A stretch of 64,000 nucleotides of DNA from Octopus vulgaris (Eukaryota). The translations under genes and the position numbers were made by a program. The DNA is taken from positions 9,982,001-10,046,000 of the forward strand of contig OX597834.1 of NCBI GenBank assembly GCA_951406725.2, written 5' to 3'. This document shows, one piece after another, positions 1-13,091 of the stretch. Numbering within the stretch: position 1 is the first letter of the stretch; each line of letters starts with the position of its first letter. The notes beneath the pieces were generated by a model, which was not told the DNA's origin, made no database searches, and worked only from the letters and a program-made list of their open reading frames with translations.

Positions 1-414
1 AATTCTAACTGAACGTGTAGGCCATAAAATTTATTGAATAAAGAAGATATGCGATTAAACTATAAACAAAACTTATTAAAATAACATATTCGTGTGAAGA
101 AGTTCAATATAGCAGATATGAAGTTTTTATGAGATATTAATCCGGTAAAAATATGCACATAAAATTGATGTGTGTGTGTGTTTGTGTGTATCCGTGTGCG
201 CATGTCCCTGTGTTTGTATATTTTCATGCGTGTGTATGTATGTGGGTGTGTAAAAAAAAAACTTTATCTTTTCTATATTAAAATTACAAAAATATATATA
301 AAAATATACCAAAATGGAAGTCTGCGATTAAATTGAAAGTTAAATTTAGAGTGGCCACACACATGCGCGCACGGACACACACAGACTTAAATATACACAC
401 ACATCTATCGTTTA

Positions 415-810
415 TCGTTTTATTTTACCTTGTACTTGCTTCGATCCTTGAACTGGGGTCATTCTGAGGCCATCCTGAGTCCATGCTTGGGACCCGCTTC
501 AATGGTTTAATCGCAGAAATCCAGTAATCATTTTCAAACCTGATACTAATACTATCGTTTCTTTTACCGAATCACTATGTTATGGAGATGGAAACAAACC
601 AACATCGGTTGTCAAGTGGGGGAGGGGAACAAATACATATAGAAAGGCACACACATAAATATACATATGTAATCATATAATTGTACGATGGATGTCTTTG
701 AATTCGATTTCCCTCTATCAATTCCACTCACGTGGCTTTAGTCGGATCGAAGCTATAATAGAAGACATTTGCTCAATGTTCCCCACAGTGGGACTGAACC
801 CGGAACGTTG
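415..810 (-). mobile_element. Degenerate tRNA-derived SINE, family A
   Basis: Diverged reverse complement of family A body and tail (ccaacatcggttgtcaag, ccactca...gctata.tagaagaca, gtgggactgaacccggaac). Confidence 0.75.
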
Positions 811-1699
811 TTGTAAATATATGTGTGAGTGTACGTGTGTGTGTGTACGCACGTGTGTAGTACAAAAATGGAAGAGAAGACCAAAAAGTTCACATTTAAC
901 CCATACTTAAATTGCGCTTAACAGCTGTTTCTTTCACGTAGACACTCCAAAACGCATAATTACGTAATTGTGATCCTTAAATCATTTACATTCTTCGTCT
1001 TCTTTTTCTTCTCCTTCTCCTTACCATCTCCACCATTCCGTGTCTACATCAAATATTTCCATTGCGTTTCAATTTATCCAAACAACAAGACATTTGGGAA
1101 TCTGGAATTGTTAGATTCTGAGACGAGAAAACATGTTGAAAGGCAGACAATAGAGTTAAATGAATTCGCAGAAAAATTCTTCTTCAGAAAAGGAGCTGTT
1201 GCTGGAACACTTCTGTTATAACTATATTTGTAAAGAAGGCAGGTGTTGGAGTTTTTGTGTTTGATATGGTTAGAAACTTTGAAAAATCCATACGCTCCAT
1301 ACACAGCGGAAAAGATGAATTACTCTATTTCAAAACTTGGCAATCTCCACACAGGAAAAAACAGCATAAACGAAGTTTGAAAAAAAAATATATAACAAAA
1401 TGTTTAAAAAACTATTTTGATTTTGTTTATAAAAACGAAAACATAAATTTTAAAATTTTAAGAAAAAAAGATTATAAACGTATCTTGAAAATTAAATCAA
1501 AACAGAAATTATTTACGCTCCATAGAATTGATTTGTGTGCAAATCTTCAACTTCAGATTGTATGTGCGATAAGGTTTGAGAATAAAATTAAGCTAACACC
1601 AGTTATGTACAAAATACAGCGTACCGTGGTAATGTATGCACACGTCAGTACACTTATACAAATTTACACAATAATAATTACGAGCATGAATAAACACCC

Positions 1700-1890
1700 A
1701 TGGACATATATATGCACACATATGAATATATGTACACACACACACACACACATATGAATATATGTACACACACACACATATATACACGTATGTGTCTCTC
1801 TCTCCCTCTCTCTATATATTTATATATATATATACACGTATGTGTATATGTGTCTATATATATATATATATATATACACGTATGTGTATA

Positions 1891-1927
<37 letters not shown>

Positions 1928-2035
1928 GTATGTGTATATGTGCCTATACATACATATACACAAATATAAACACCTATCTCTGCATCTCTTTAGACGGTGT
2001 GTGTGTGCGTATACATATACTTACAGGTATATATG

Positions 2036-2078
<43 letters not shown>

Positions 2079-2135
2079 GTATATATTCTTACATGTATAA
2101 TATATATGTGCATGCTTATAACTGTATATGTATGT

Positions 2136-2169
<34 letters not shown>

Positions 2170-2217
2170 TTACATGTATAATATATAATGTGCATGCTTG
2201 TGACTGTATATGTATGT

Positions 2218-2251
<34 letters not shown>

Positions 2252-2260
2252 CAGAGAGAG
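1700..2260. repeat. Complex (TA)/(CA) microsatellite with higher-order units (tatatacacgtatgtgtatatgtgtc)
   Basis: Directly visible tandem units; explains the IY/HT ORFs here. Confidence 0.9.
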
Positions 2261-2832
2261 AGAGAGAGAGAGAGATAGATAAATAGATAGATGGATAGAT
2301 TTGTCTACATATATGTGTGTATGTATGTATGTATGTATGTGTACATTTTATTTGGTGTATAAATCCTTTCTCGCTCTTCTTCATTCAAGACTCACGAATA
2401 CTAGTTCAATTAGACGGCTATATTGGCAAATATAAGAATAATATATGCCGTATATTGAGTTAGTGTCACTACATATGACTTTTATTGTTCACTGCACAAC
2501 AAAATTCAAAAATTCCTCAGCGGAATACATAATTTTCAAGGGCGGTAACTGTACTTGTCTTCAGAATCAAATCTGACATTTATGTTAATATTCAAGAATA
2601 TATCCTTTCCCTGTTTTTAGATTTGTGCGTCACATTCTGCGCATAAAAACATGCTTAGATTTCCGTCCAATGAGAAAAAAAATAATAAATTTCTTGTTGT
2701 CTCATTGTAATAGTTTGTTTGTTAAGGTAGTGTCCTTTAGTACTTCATTAAGTTTTAATAAGAAGACAAACAATAAATGATATTCTCCGTCTACCATATT
2801 TTTTTTTTATTGTCTTGCTATATTATTGTCTT

Positions 2833-2994
2833 GCACAGGAGTGGCTGTGTGGTAAGTAGCTTGCTAACCAACCACATGGTTCCGGGTTCAGTCCCACTGC
2901 GTGGCACCTTGGGCAAGTGTCTTCTGCTATAGCCTCGGGCCGACCAATGCCTTGTGAGTGGATTTGGTAGACGGGAACTGAAAGAAGCCTGTCG

Positions 2995-3039
<45 letters not shown>

Positions 3040-3237
3040 CTGTCCCCCTACCATTGCTTGACAACCGATGCTGGTGTGTTTACGTCCCCGTCAATTAGCG
3101 GTTCGGCAAAAGAGACCTATAGAATAAGTACTGGGCTTACAAAAGAATAAGTCCCGGGGTCGATTTGCTCGACTAAAGGCGGTGCTCCAGCATGGCCACA
3201 GTCAATTGACTGAAACAAGTAAAATAGAGTAAAGAGT
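2833..3237 (+). mobile_element. Near full-length tRNA-derived SINE, family A
   Basis: A-box-like tggctgtgtggt, B-box-like ggttcagtcc, CORE-like accttgggcaagtgtctt, internal (TA)n(TG)n, tail ...gactgaaacaagtaaa-gagtaaagag; more than 10 copies in the window. Confidence 0.92.
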
Positions 3238-3476
3238 ATATTATATTATCGCGTGATTCTACTCGAAGCGCGTAATTTCAAAGTTTGTCTTCTGCCATCT
3301 CTTGTATGTCGAGCGAGAATTTCCGCTACGTTTCTGACATTTATGAATATACATGCATATGCAACACGTATAACCCATCATACATACATATGTGTGTGTG
3401 TTTGTTTGTGTGTGTGTATGAGTTTGTGCGTGTGTTTGTGTACACACACCTAAATATATATTATATATATTTATAC

Positions 3477-3793
3477 GTGGAAGTGCAATGGCCTAGTGGT
3501 TAGGGCAGCGGTCTCGCGGTTGTAAGATCACGGTTTCGATTCCTAGACCGGGCGTTGTGAGTGTTTATTGAGCGAAAACACCTAAAGCTCCACGAGGCTC
3601 CGGCTGGGGTGGTGGCAGATCCCTGCTGTACTCTTTCACCACAACTTTCTCTCACTCTTTCTTCTGTTGGCCTGCTCGCTTAGCCAGCGGGGTGGCGTCA
3701 ATTTCAAGGCTAAAACAATGCGAAGCGCATTGTGACCAGCGATGTGTAACTACGTCTGTTGGTCTGGTTGGTCACGTGATCAAGGTCACGTGA
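3477..3793 (+). mobile_element. tRNA-derived SINE, family B head with alternative 3' tail
   Basis: Head tggcctagtggttagggcagcgg...ggtttcgattcc matches 13428 and 51079, but the sequence after ctctcactct differs. Confidence 0.85.
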
Positions 3794-3804
3794 TATAAGT
3801 ATAT

Positions 3805-4148
3805 TATTTTATTCGTTTACAGTCATCTGACTGCAGCCATGCTAGAGCACCGCCTTTAGTCGAACAAATCGATCCCAAGACTTGCTCTTTGTGATCCTAG
3901 TACATCTTCCACAAGTCCCTTTTTGCCGAACACAACATCGGTTATCAAGCGATGATGGGGGACGAACACAGGCACAACAAATAACAGATACATACATACA
4001 CACTTTCCATCTACCAAATCCACTCGCAAATATTTTGGCCGGCCTGAAACTATAGTAGAAGACACTTACCCATGGCGCCACTTACCCAAGGACTGAACCC
4101 GGATCCATATGGTAGGAAAACAAGCTTCTTACCACACAACCACTCCTA
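3805..4148 (-). mobile_element. SINE family A, diverged
   Basis: Reverse complement of the tail (gagcaccgcctttagtcgaacaaatcga) and head (cttaccacaca.ccactcct). Confidence 0.85.
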
Positions 4149-4288
4149 TATAATTACAATTACGAGTACAACATAAACATGCTAGAGATAAACGTCAAAT
4201 GACTCTAAAGCTACATCATTTTACACTCCGTTAGCACAGGTTGAAGGCGAATGATTAAAAACGATTTAGCAAACTTTTTTTAGAGGTT

Positions 4289-4357
4289 AATTTTATATCG
4301 AGCGATTTCTGGCTTGTTATTATAAATAAAAATTACTTTACCTTCGTCAGTAGAATA
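4289..4357 (-). ncRNA. Candidate type I hammerhead ribozyme (copy 1 of a direct pair)
   Basis: Minus strand reads uauucua-CUGACGA-aggu...agcca-GAAA-ucg-cu-cga-UA-uaaaauu; stems imperfect. Confidence 0.55.
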
Positions 4358-4377
4358 TATGAAAAAGTACATAAATT

Positions 4378-4432
<55 letters not shown>

Positions 4433-4734
4433 GTACATACAAATACAAGTGTTTATTTACGCATACATATATTCACGCATATATAGGAGGCAAATCTCAT
4501 TATTCATCTCAACCACGTGCGTATTTGATCAAAATAGTACCGCTGTGACTATAATTAATTAACGGAGTGAATGAATATAATATATACATACATAATATAT
4601 ACATAATTAAGGATAAAATAATTATAAAATAACGAACTCTTCTATAGCCAGTATGTAATAAAATCCATGTAGGTAAGAATTAATATAGCTATATAATTAT
4701 ATAGATATAATTAAGGGTGCTTAATTATATCTAT

Positions 4735-5040
4735 AGGCGCATGGCTCAGTGATCAGAGCGTCGAAGTTACGACTGTGAGGTTGTGAGTTCGAATCACGGA
4801 CCGGGCTTTATTTCACGTTGCTCCTGTTCACTCATCTGTAGAAATGAGTTGTGACGTCATTGGTGCCAAGCTGTATCAGTCTTTGCCTATTCCTAGGATA
4901 ATATCGGTGGCGTGAAGTGAGGAGGCTGGTATGCATGGGCGACTACTGGTCTTCCATAAACAACTTTGCCCGGACTTGAACCTCGGAGGGTAACTTTCTA
5001 GGTGCAATCTCATGGTCATTCGTGACCGAAGGTGGTTCTC
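4735..5040 (+). mobile_element. tRNA-derived SINE, family C head with distinct tail, nested in an HHR-bearing element
   Basis: ggcgcatggctcagtg...gagttcgaatc head; tttcacgttgctc core shared with the 9789 and 10047 copies. Confidence 0.8.
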
Positions 5041-5212
5041 AAAAAATTAAGGGTACTGAGAAACAGCACTATCATGGTAGTGATAGATGTCAAGTGATTC
5101 GAAAACCATATCATTTAACACTCCATTAGCAAAAGTTGAAATCGAGGATGAGAATAAAATAATAAACGAATAAAAGAATAAATGAATAAAAGAGCAACAT
5201 TTTTTAGAGGTT

Positions 5213-5277
5213 TATTTTAGATCGAGCGATTTCTGGTTTGGTATTATGAAAATTAATTTACCTTCGTCAGTAGAATA
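5213..5277 (-). ncRNA. Candidate type I hammerhead ribozyme (copy 2)
   Basis: Minus strand uauucua-CUGACGA-aGGU...ACCa-GAAA-UCG-cu-CGA-UC-uaaaaua: canonical core, AUC cleavage triplet, stem I 6 of 7 pairs. Confidence 0.65.
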
Positions 5278-5428
5278 TACCAAAAAGTACATTAATGCAA
5301 ATATGTAGACATACCCATACATGATAAAATACAAACATGAAAACATATATTTTTTATATTACAAACTATGTAGGTATATATATATAGTTTCAACTCAGAG
5401 CTACGGCCATGCTGACGCACCGCCGTTA

Positions 5429-5480
<52 letters not shown>

Positions 5481-5989
5481 GCGAGAGAGAGAAAATATAT
5501 GCTTTAAATTCGTATTTTATCAGTATAAGGAATCTTTCGAATTGTCCTTTTCTTTTTCTTTTTTTATTTATTGTTTTATTTATATATTTATTTTTTATTT
5601 TTATTTATTTTTTTTTTTTGCTCTATTCAGTATTCGTATTTTCACATTCGGAAATTCAGGTAACGATAACGATACAAAGATATTCTCCATTTCGGGGCAG
5701 AACAAAATCTACGTTGTAATGTTGAATGTTTATACAAGTCGTATTAGCAAGCTGATATATTTCATTGCATTTTGAGCGCATAACGATTTCTTCAAATATA
5801 CACAGTTACGCCCATTTTCTACATTTGTAAATTACAGAATCTCAACTAATTCATAAAACATTTCCGATATAAACGCACAGATTCTGCTCAAAACTATATT
5901 GCTTGTATTCTTATATATGTATACATACATAGACAGAGTCCTTCAAATACATATACACACATAAGCATATATATATATATATATATATA

Positions 5990-6393
5990 AGCGCAGGAGT
6001 GGCTGTGTGGTAAGTAACTTGCTTACCAACCACATGGTTCTGGGTTCTTGCTTACCAACCACATGGTTCTGGGCAGTGGCACCTTGGGCAAGTGTCTTCT
6101 ACTTATAGCCTTGAGAGTGGATTTGGTAGACGGAAACTGGAAGAAGCCCGTTGTATATATGTATGTGTATGTGTGTGTATATATTTGTGCGTCTGTGGTC
6201 ACCCCCCACCAACATCGCTTGACAACCGATGCTGGTGTGTAACTTAGCGGTTCGGCAAAAGAGACCGATAGAATAAGTACTAGGCTTACAAAGAATAAGT
6301 GCTGGGGTCGATTTGCTCGACTAAAGGCGGTGCTCCAGCATGGCCGCAGTCAAATGACTGAAACAAGTAAAAGAGTAAAGAGTAAAAAGAGAG
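5990..6393 (+). mobile_element. SINE family A with internal duplication of the head segment
   Basis: gcgcaggagtggctgtgtggtaag head; cttgcttaccaaccacatggttctggg present twice; intact tail. Confidence 0.9.
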
Positions 6394-6397
6394 TATA

Positions 6398-6444
<47 letters not shown>

Positions 6445-6939
6445 ACTATATTCTCACGTGCCTGTCATTGCATGCTTATAACCATAAACACATAAATTAA
6501 TGCCAAGATTTCTTGAATGTTAACAGATGTGTGAGTTCCCTCTCAAGCTCATATATTATGCAATAATGAATGATTATATTACCTGTTACATGAAAATGGG
6601 ATGTTAAAGTAATTTTAGTTATGTCTTTCTATAATTTGCGAGGACATTCGCAATATAATTCCTTTAAACACTGTTGCACGTACATTTTCGCAACAATATA
6701 TCATCGGATATTTTTTGTTTTGTTTAGTCTATTGCAGTTTCCTCACCGTATCAAACTAGAAGCATTACTGTACAAGCATGTGACAACACACGCAGCCACA
6801 CACTATCTCGCTCTCTTTCTCTCTCTTTTTCTCTCTCTCTCTTTTTCTATTTCTCTGTCACGCACACACTTATATACAGGCTTATATATCAAATATTCAT
6901 GCATATGCATGTTTATTTCATATATATATATACAGATAG

Positions 6940-7103
6940 ATATAGATACACACACACACGCACATGAGCGTATTATTTGTGTGTGGAGTATATATATATA
7001 TATATATATACGCACACACACAAACATTTATAAATATATATATATATTTACACGCACACACATACACACACATATATACATATATAAATAAATATATACA
7101 TAC

Positions 7104-7193
<90 letters not shown>

Positions 7194-7289
7194 TCATATA
7201 TAATTGCATGTTAGGAAGCAGGATTAATGCATCAGCCCTTTATGCTTCATACAATTAACAACTGTCAGTGCAACTAATCAGTGTTTGTG

Positions 7290-7333
<44 letters not shown>

Positions 7334-7340
7334 CTGTGTT
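6940..7340. repeat. (TA)/(CA)/(TG) microsatellite cluster
   Basis: Directly visible. Confidence 0.9.
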
Positions 7341-8214
7341 TGCGTATACATGTAAATATTCAAACGTATATCTATGTGTGTGTATGAGTATGTCATACCT
7401 GTGTCTTACCTGTCAATTTTGTATGACCCAGGAGACAACAGAAAAGAATCGACTGTAAATATGTATCATACAGAGATGTTTAGAAAGATCGAGGCGTGGG
7501 TGGAGAGATGGGGGCGGGTGAATGGCAGAGAGAGGTAGATAGAAATAGAGAGAGAGAGATTATAAAGATGGTGCTGTGAAAGAATTCACAATTAAGACTA
7601 GGGTCTATTGTTTAAATACGAAGGTTGAGTTTTGTAGTAAATTATGGAGCGGAGTTACTATGCAATCTTGTTTGAAATGTGTAGGGGAAAGACACTTTAT
7701 TGTACCTTTGAAATACGTTTCCAGTTAATAATATTATGCAAATTACTGTCATAGAAGCATAAATAACTGGAATTTACTCATGGAAAAATTAACGTTTTAT
7801 TGGTATTCTTCTACTGAAAATAAAATTTATTCAAGCTTTCATTTTTTTTTTTAAATGTTATTCTATATAACGAAATATTATTTCGTAGATGCATAAATAT
7901 ATTTCGTTTTTTTATTGCATTATATTTAGGGAAATTTTGTGAAGAATACAGGGAATGTAAAGAAATGTAGTATTCTTCAATCAATATTTGTATGCCTTTT
8001 CCTTCTGTTCTGTATTGAAATTCTGACGATGCTTGATTATGGAAATTTCCAATACTGTACTCCCAGGTAGCTACGATGTGTGAATAAATATGCAGCCTGT
8101 ATAGTTTCTTTCGCTATATTCCATCTCTCTCAGAGCAAACACAGATCTAAACGTTATCAACTAAAGTCGTTGTCAGTCAACGAAATCTTTCTGTTATCAA
8201 ATTCGACTTAGTGC

Positions 8215-8600
8215 AGGCAGAATTGTTATCATGCCTCACAAATGTCTTAGCGGTGCTTCACTCTTGCTTTACATTATAAGTTCTAACTTTGTAATTCATC
8301 CTTTCTGAGTCTATGAAATAAGTAAATGTTGAGCATTGATGCCAATGTACTCGACGAAACTTCCTCCCAGTCAAATGGCTGGCTTAGTTCCAAAACCTCA
8401 AACCATTAGTAAGAATTGTTTGTGAGTGTGGATATATGCGTTGCTGTAGCTGTTTCGGTTATATACACACTTAATTCAGCTGACATCGAGGTTAACATTT
8501 CTTTTTACCATTTCGGGGTGGATAATATGAAGTACCAGCCAATTACGGGGGTCAATGTATTAGAATCTCAAATTTGCCATTCTTGTGCTAAAATTATTTT
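8215..8600 (+). mobile_element. Two degenerate fragments of SINE family D
   Basis: ggcagaattgtta...cttagcgg, ttcatcctttc, tttcggggtggataa...aagtaccag motifs. Confidence 0.55.
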
Positions 8601-8624
8601 TAATATATTATTATTAGTAGTATT

Positions 8625-8970
8625 GTCTTTGCACAGCTTCTAACGCTGGAGATGAACTACGATGTCAGTAGTTCACTACCAGTGAACTAAGGTAACACCT
8701 CTTATTTTTCGAGCTCCTTCCGAAGTATAAGAGCGGTTCCAAGCAGTGCTGTTCTCTGCAAGTGCTCCACTCTTATTGCAGCCCCTGTTTGTTCCATGTA
8801 CTTCTCAAGATTTTTACTCACTGTTCCCAGGGCTTCGACAATTATTGGTACTACTACCACCTTTTTCAACAACCACAACTGCTTAACCTCCCAAGCTAAC
8901 CAGTCATATCTATCGACTTTTCTTTTTTCCTTATCGCATACATTGTTGTCAGCTGGGCATGCTATATCTA
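8625..8970 (-). mobile_element. 3' fragment of R4/Dong-type non-LTR retrotransposon (C-terminal restriction-like endonuclease region plus 3' UTR)
   Basis: Translation IDIACPADNNV.DKE..K.DRY..L..EV..LW....VVVVPIIVEALG.V.K.L...LQRTALLGTA.ILRK matches the RLE-LINE C-terminus; flanked on both sides by (ATT)n, the known Dong target. Confidence 0.85.
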
Positions 8971-9788
8971 TTATTATTATTATTATTATTACTAGCAGTA
9001 ATAGCAGCTGCAGTAGTAGTAGTACTAGTAGTAGTAGTAAGTTTTTACGAATCCATATGTTTCTCTTTTCGGAGTGAATTTCTCTTTCAGAAGAAATATA
9101 ATTATATTGGTCTGTATTTATTGCCGAAATCATGATGTTTTTAATTAGAGAAGATGAAAATATATTCTTGACAGAGAGTTCAGTCGACAAACTTCAGCGA
9201 GAATTAAATGGAGGCGATCTATTTATTTTCAGCTCTTATATATTGGTTGCGTCAATCAATGGATTAAATTATCAACAGAAATGTGATAGGATTTATTATC
9301 ACTTTTATTTACTGTTGAATAACAGTAACAAAATCTTGCTTAACTATTTGTTTGTGTTGATAATAATTAGACATATTTAAGTACTATTCCAGTTACCCTA
9401 TGATCAAAGGTTTTGCGATTTCACCATTTCCTTCTTCGTACGAAAGGAATATTTTGAGTTATGGTTTCTGTCTTTAATTAAGAATCTAATGTTTGGTTTG
9501 AGGCAGATTTCTTTGCTTTTTCTAGCATCACGACACTACAATTTACAATGTATGTCCTTGAGAGAAATATGTTTGCTATTCATTGTGGATCAAATGCAAG
9601 CTTATTCTCTATCACGCTGGATCGAATAATTTCAGATAAAATTGACTTGTATTTCAGAAAGCCGTAAGGCAACGTAGAATATCATATAATGAACTATAAT
9701 GATTTAATAAAGACTAGGTTGCTAAACTAACAAATCAAGCATTGCTCACTCAATGGCCTTTGTCCTTTCAGTAAAATCTAACAATTGC

Positions 9789-10035
9789 GGAGGCGCGTGG
9801 CTTAGTGGTTAGGATGTTGAACTCATGATCGTAAGGTTGTGGTTTCGATTCCTGGAATGGGCGATACGATATGTTCTGGAGCAAAACACTTCATTTCACG
9901 TTGCTCCAGTCCACTCATCTGGAAAAACTGAGTAACACTGCGATGGACTGGCGTCCCGTCCAGGTGGGAAATTTCTACACCATTGAAACTGGAAAGCCGG
10001 GCCCATGCGCCTGGATAGGCTTTAAAAGGGCCCAT
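9789..10035 (+). mobile_element. tRNA-derived SINE, family C (monomer 1 of a dimer)
   Basis: ggaggcgcgtggcttagtggttagg...ggtttcgattcc; gcaaaacacttcatttcacg core; gatggactggcgtcccgtccag tail. Confidence 0.9.
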
Positions 10036-10046
10036 TTATTATTTGG

Positions 10047-10292
10047 TGGAGGCGCGTGGCTTAGTAGTTAGGATTTCAGCACCATAATCGTAAGATTGTG
10101 GTTTCGATTCCTGGACCGGGTGGTGCGTTTTGTTCTTGGGCAAAACACTTCATTTCACGTTTCTCCTGTCCCTTCAGCTGGCAAAAATGAGTAACACTCC
10201 GATGGACTGGCGTCCCGTCCAGCTGATGAACACATACGCCATGGAAACCGAAAAACTGGGCCTATATGCCTGGCTAGGCTTTAAAAGGACGA
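10047..10292 (+). mobile_element. tRNA-derived SINE, family C (monomer 2 of a dimer)
   Basis: Same head, core and tail directly downstream of monomer 1. Confidence 0.9.
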
Positions 10293-11447
10293 AAAAAAAC
10301 TCTAACAATTACGTGACCAAATCTAACAATTACACGAAAAGGAATTCATAAAATGATAAAGATAAAATATAAAACAAATAAGCCTGAATTTCAAAAATAT
10401 TCATACATTAATAATAAAAAAAAAATAACAGATACTTAAGTCCAGAATCTTTTCTAATCTTGTATGACACCTACTACTTTTAATATTTACAGTATTAATA
10501 GTACAATTATTTTAAGAATCCTTATATCTAAACTTGACATTATTGGAAGCTTTCAGGTTTAAAATTCTATTGTAGATATCCTACTGTTAACAACCTCGTA
10601 AATTCATGCTATCATCAATGTGGCGAATCATTGTATATCTATTTGTTATTCCATTTGGTTTTATTTAGTAAAATATTATGAAGAAAGCTATTGCTTTGGT
10701 GAAATGTTAAAGCTCTGCATTAAACAGTTTGCAGTCAGCTGTGTGGTCTGATGTTCTCAAAAGAAAGGAATCAAAATAGCGAGGAAACAATTTTCTATCC
10801 ACAATGTTTGCTTATATTCGTTTATACAAACCATTCTTTGTGCTATTTACTCTACATAAGCACACCATTGTGTTCAACAGAATTGCTATTCATACTGATA
10901 TTTTTCAACTGCGAGTAAATTTCCTTTTAATACAGTTTCTCTAACACTATCTTTAAAATGTACGATGTGTTATAAGGAATATGAAATGCTTCTGAATACA
11001 GTCATAGTAACAATGCGAGATTCAGAACTAATTTAATTTTCAGCAGCACTTCTTAAATCCATTAATTTCACAATACGTATGTACGTGTGCGTCTATGCGT
11101 GTCCGTGTGTGCGTTCGCATGTATCTATACATGTATGTACATATGTGTATGTATGGCTCTATACAATTCAGAGACGATCCATATCAGAGCAATCACTGTT
11201 GCAAAAATTTATTTTGTCATAAATTTTAATCATTAATTATGTGCAATTTATAAAGTACGTCTAATCCCAGTATATTTAATTAGCTATACGTAAGAGTAGT
11301 TTTAATTAACACTACATGAATTTGGACAATTACATGTTCGATGATTGATTTCCTAGTACGTGTATGTAACCTAGCACCAGTTTCTGTATAAAATGTGTAA
11401 TTTTATCTGTTGCTATTCATATTTTTTTTAAACTTCTGTTGATGGGG

Positions 11448-11482
11448 AACACTGATGATCCTAGAGGAGAAAACTTTTTGCT
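11448..11482 (+). ncRNA. Candidate minimal hammerhead ribozyme
   Basis: aaca-CUGAUGA-UCC-uaga-GGA-GAAA-acuu-UU-ugcu, immediately followed by AATAAA (11483-11488); stem I weak. Confidence 0.45.
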
Positions 11483-11859
11483 AATAAATGTTAAGTTCAA
11501 GGCACAGGTAGCAGTAAAGTGCACTTTGGAAAATGTGAGTTATGTGAATAAGGTGAGCGGACATGTATAAAAGTAGATTGCTCAAAAGAGCAGAAGACCT
11601 CGTAAAAGACGAATAGAATACATCTATAATAAAGATTTATAATAAAGTTGTGGGTTTTGACTATCAGTCTGATGGCTCTGTATTTGCATGTTGTCATGGA
11701 CGATTGTTGAAAATAGCCACACTATCCCAGATGTGGGAGTGTGGGAGTATTACTCCAATGGAGGACTTAGTTCACCTGAGATTTCAAATACTATGGGTAT
11801 GCAAAAAAATTTTTATCTTTACGTATGTGAGGCCCACAAAGTTTTTAAATGTTGCAATA

Positions 11860-12827
11860 CGAGGTGGTATCAAAAATTTCCAAGGTTAGTTCTGCAGCGC
11901 ATCAACAGATCGCAGCACACGGTTGCGTGTACAGTGAGATAGCAGTGACCTTCATGGCACAGTATGCCGTGTGACATCAATGTGCTTACTACAGAAGTTG
12001 TGAAATTTGTGTTTATCTGATCCTGTATAAGCTGTCTGCGATTTTGTCATGGACATGAACGAACAAAGGGCCAACTTGGGAAGTCTCTTCGGGAGACATT
12101 GAGCATGCTTCGACAAGCTTTCTGCGACGAGGCAAAGGGTCGTACGCGATGTTTCGAATCGCACGAGCGCTACAAAAGCGTAAAAACTTCCTTGGAAGAC
12201 GATGAGCAATTTGAAAGATCTGTTCCGAGCGCCACCTCCGGAAATGTAATATTGTATACATCGAGAATTCGTTTCCTGGAGACTGACCGTCAATCCAGAA
12301 TACTATGGCGATATATTGAAGCGTTTGAGGGAGGACGTTCAACGAAAGTGACCGGATCTGTGGAGCGCGACGAATTGGACATTTTACGACCATAATGCAC
12401 CATGTTGTTTTATTATTACCCACAAGGGGCGAACACAGATGGGACAATACAATCTGATGATGCACCATGTATCCGAGGTCTCCTCATTCGTCAGTTTATC
12501 GCAAAAAAGAGCATGGCATCGCATCTGCACACGCCCTATTAGCCAGATTTAGCACCTGCGAACTTCCATGTCTTTCCCAAGATTAAAAGGTAACTCAAAG
12601 TTCACCGTTTTAACACCGTTGTCGAGATTCAGAGAGAACCGCAGAACTTCTTCGACTTTCTTAAGGAAAACGACTTCCAGGTCAGCTTCCGAAAGTGCAA
12701 GGACCGCTGGGGCCGGTTTATTGCTGTACAAGGTGACTTCTTTGAAGGTGACGATGTTAAAAGTTAAGTAAATCAGTTATTTTTTTATTAAACATAACAA
12801 GTCAAGGAAACTTTTGATACCACCTCG
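11860..12827 (+). mobile_element. Defective mariner DNA transposon with TIRs and TA TSD
   Basis: TA-cgaggtggtatcaaaa ... ttttgataccacctcg-TA; degraded transposase motifs (DHNAP resembling HDNAP; PY*PDLAPANFHVFPKIK resembling YSPDLAP) with stops and frameshifts. Confidence 0.9.
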
Positions 12828-13091
12828 TAATCCCACCAACTTTGAAAACATTTAATATATTTTATCGAAAGCAACGAAAATTTTTAATATATTTTTAATA
12901 TATTCTTTTAATATATTTTTAATATATTTTATTGCTGTACAAGGTGACTTCTTTGAAGGTGACCATGTTAAAACTTAAGTAAATCAGTTATTTTTTTTAT
13001 TAAACATAACAAGTCCAGGAATCTTTTGATACCACCTCGTAATCCCACAAACTTTGAAAACATTTAATATATCTTATCGAAAGCAACGAAA
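12719..13091 (+). repeat. Direct duplication (~165 bp) of the mariner right end plus flank
   Basis: ttattgctgtacaaggtgac...cacctcgtaatcccac...aaagcaacgaaa at ~12719-12880 and ~12928-13091. Confidence 0.9.

Noticed and set aside
1257-1757. 166-aa ORF
   Set aside because: Non-ATG start, A-rich low complexity running into a microsatellite, no recognisable domain.
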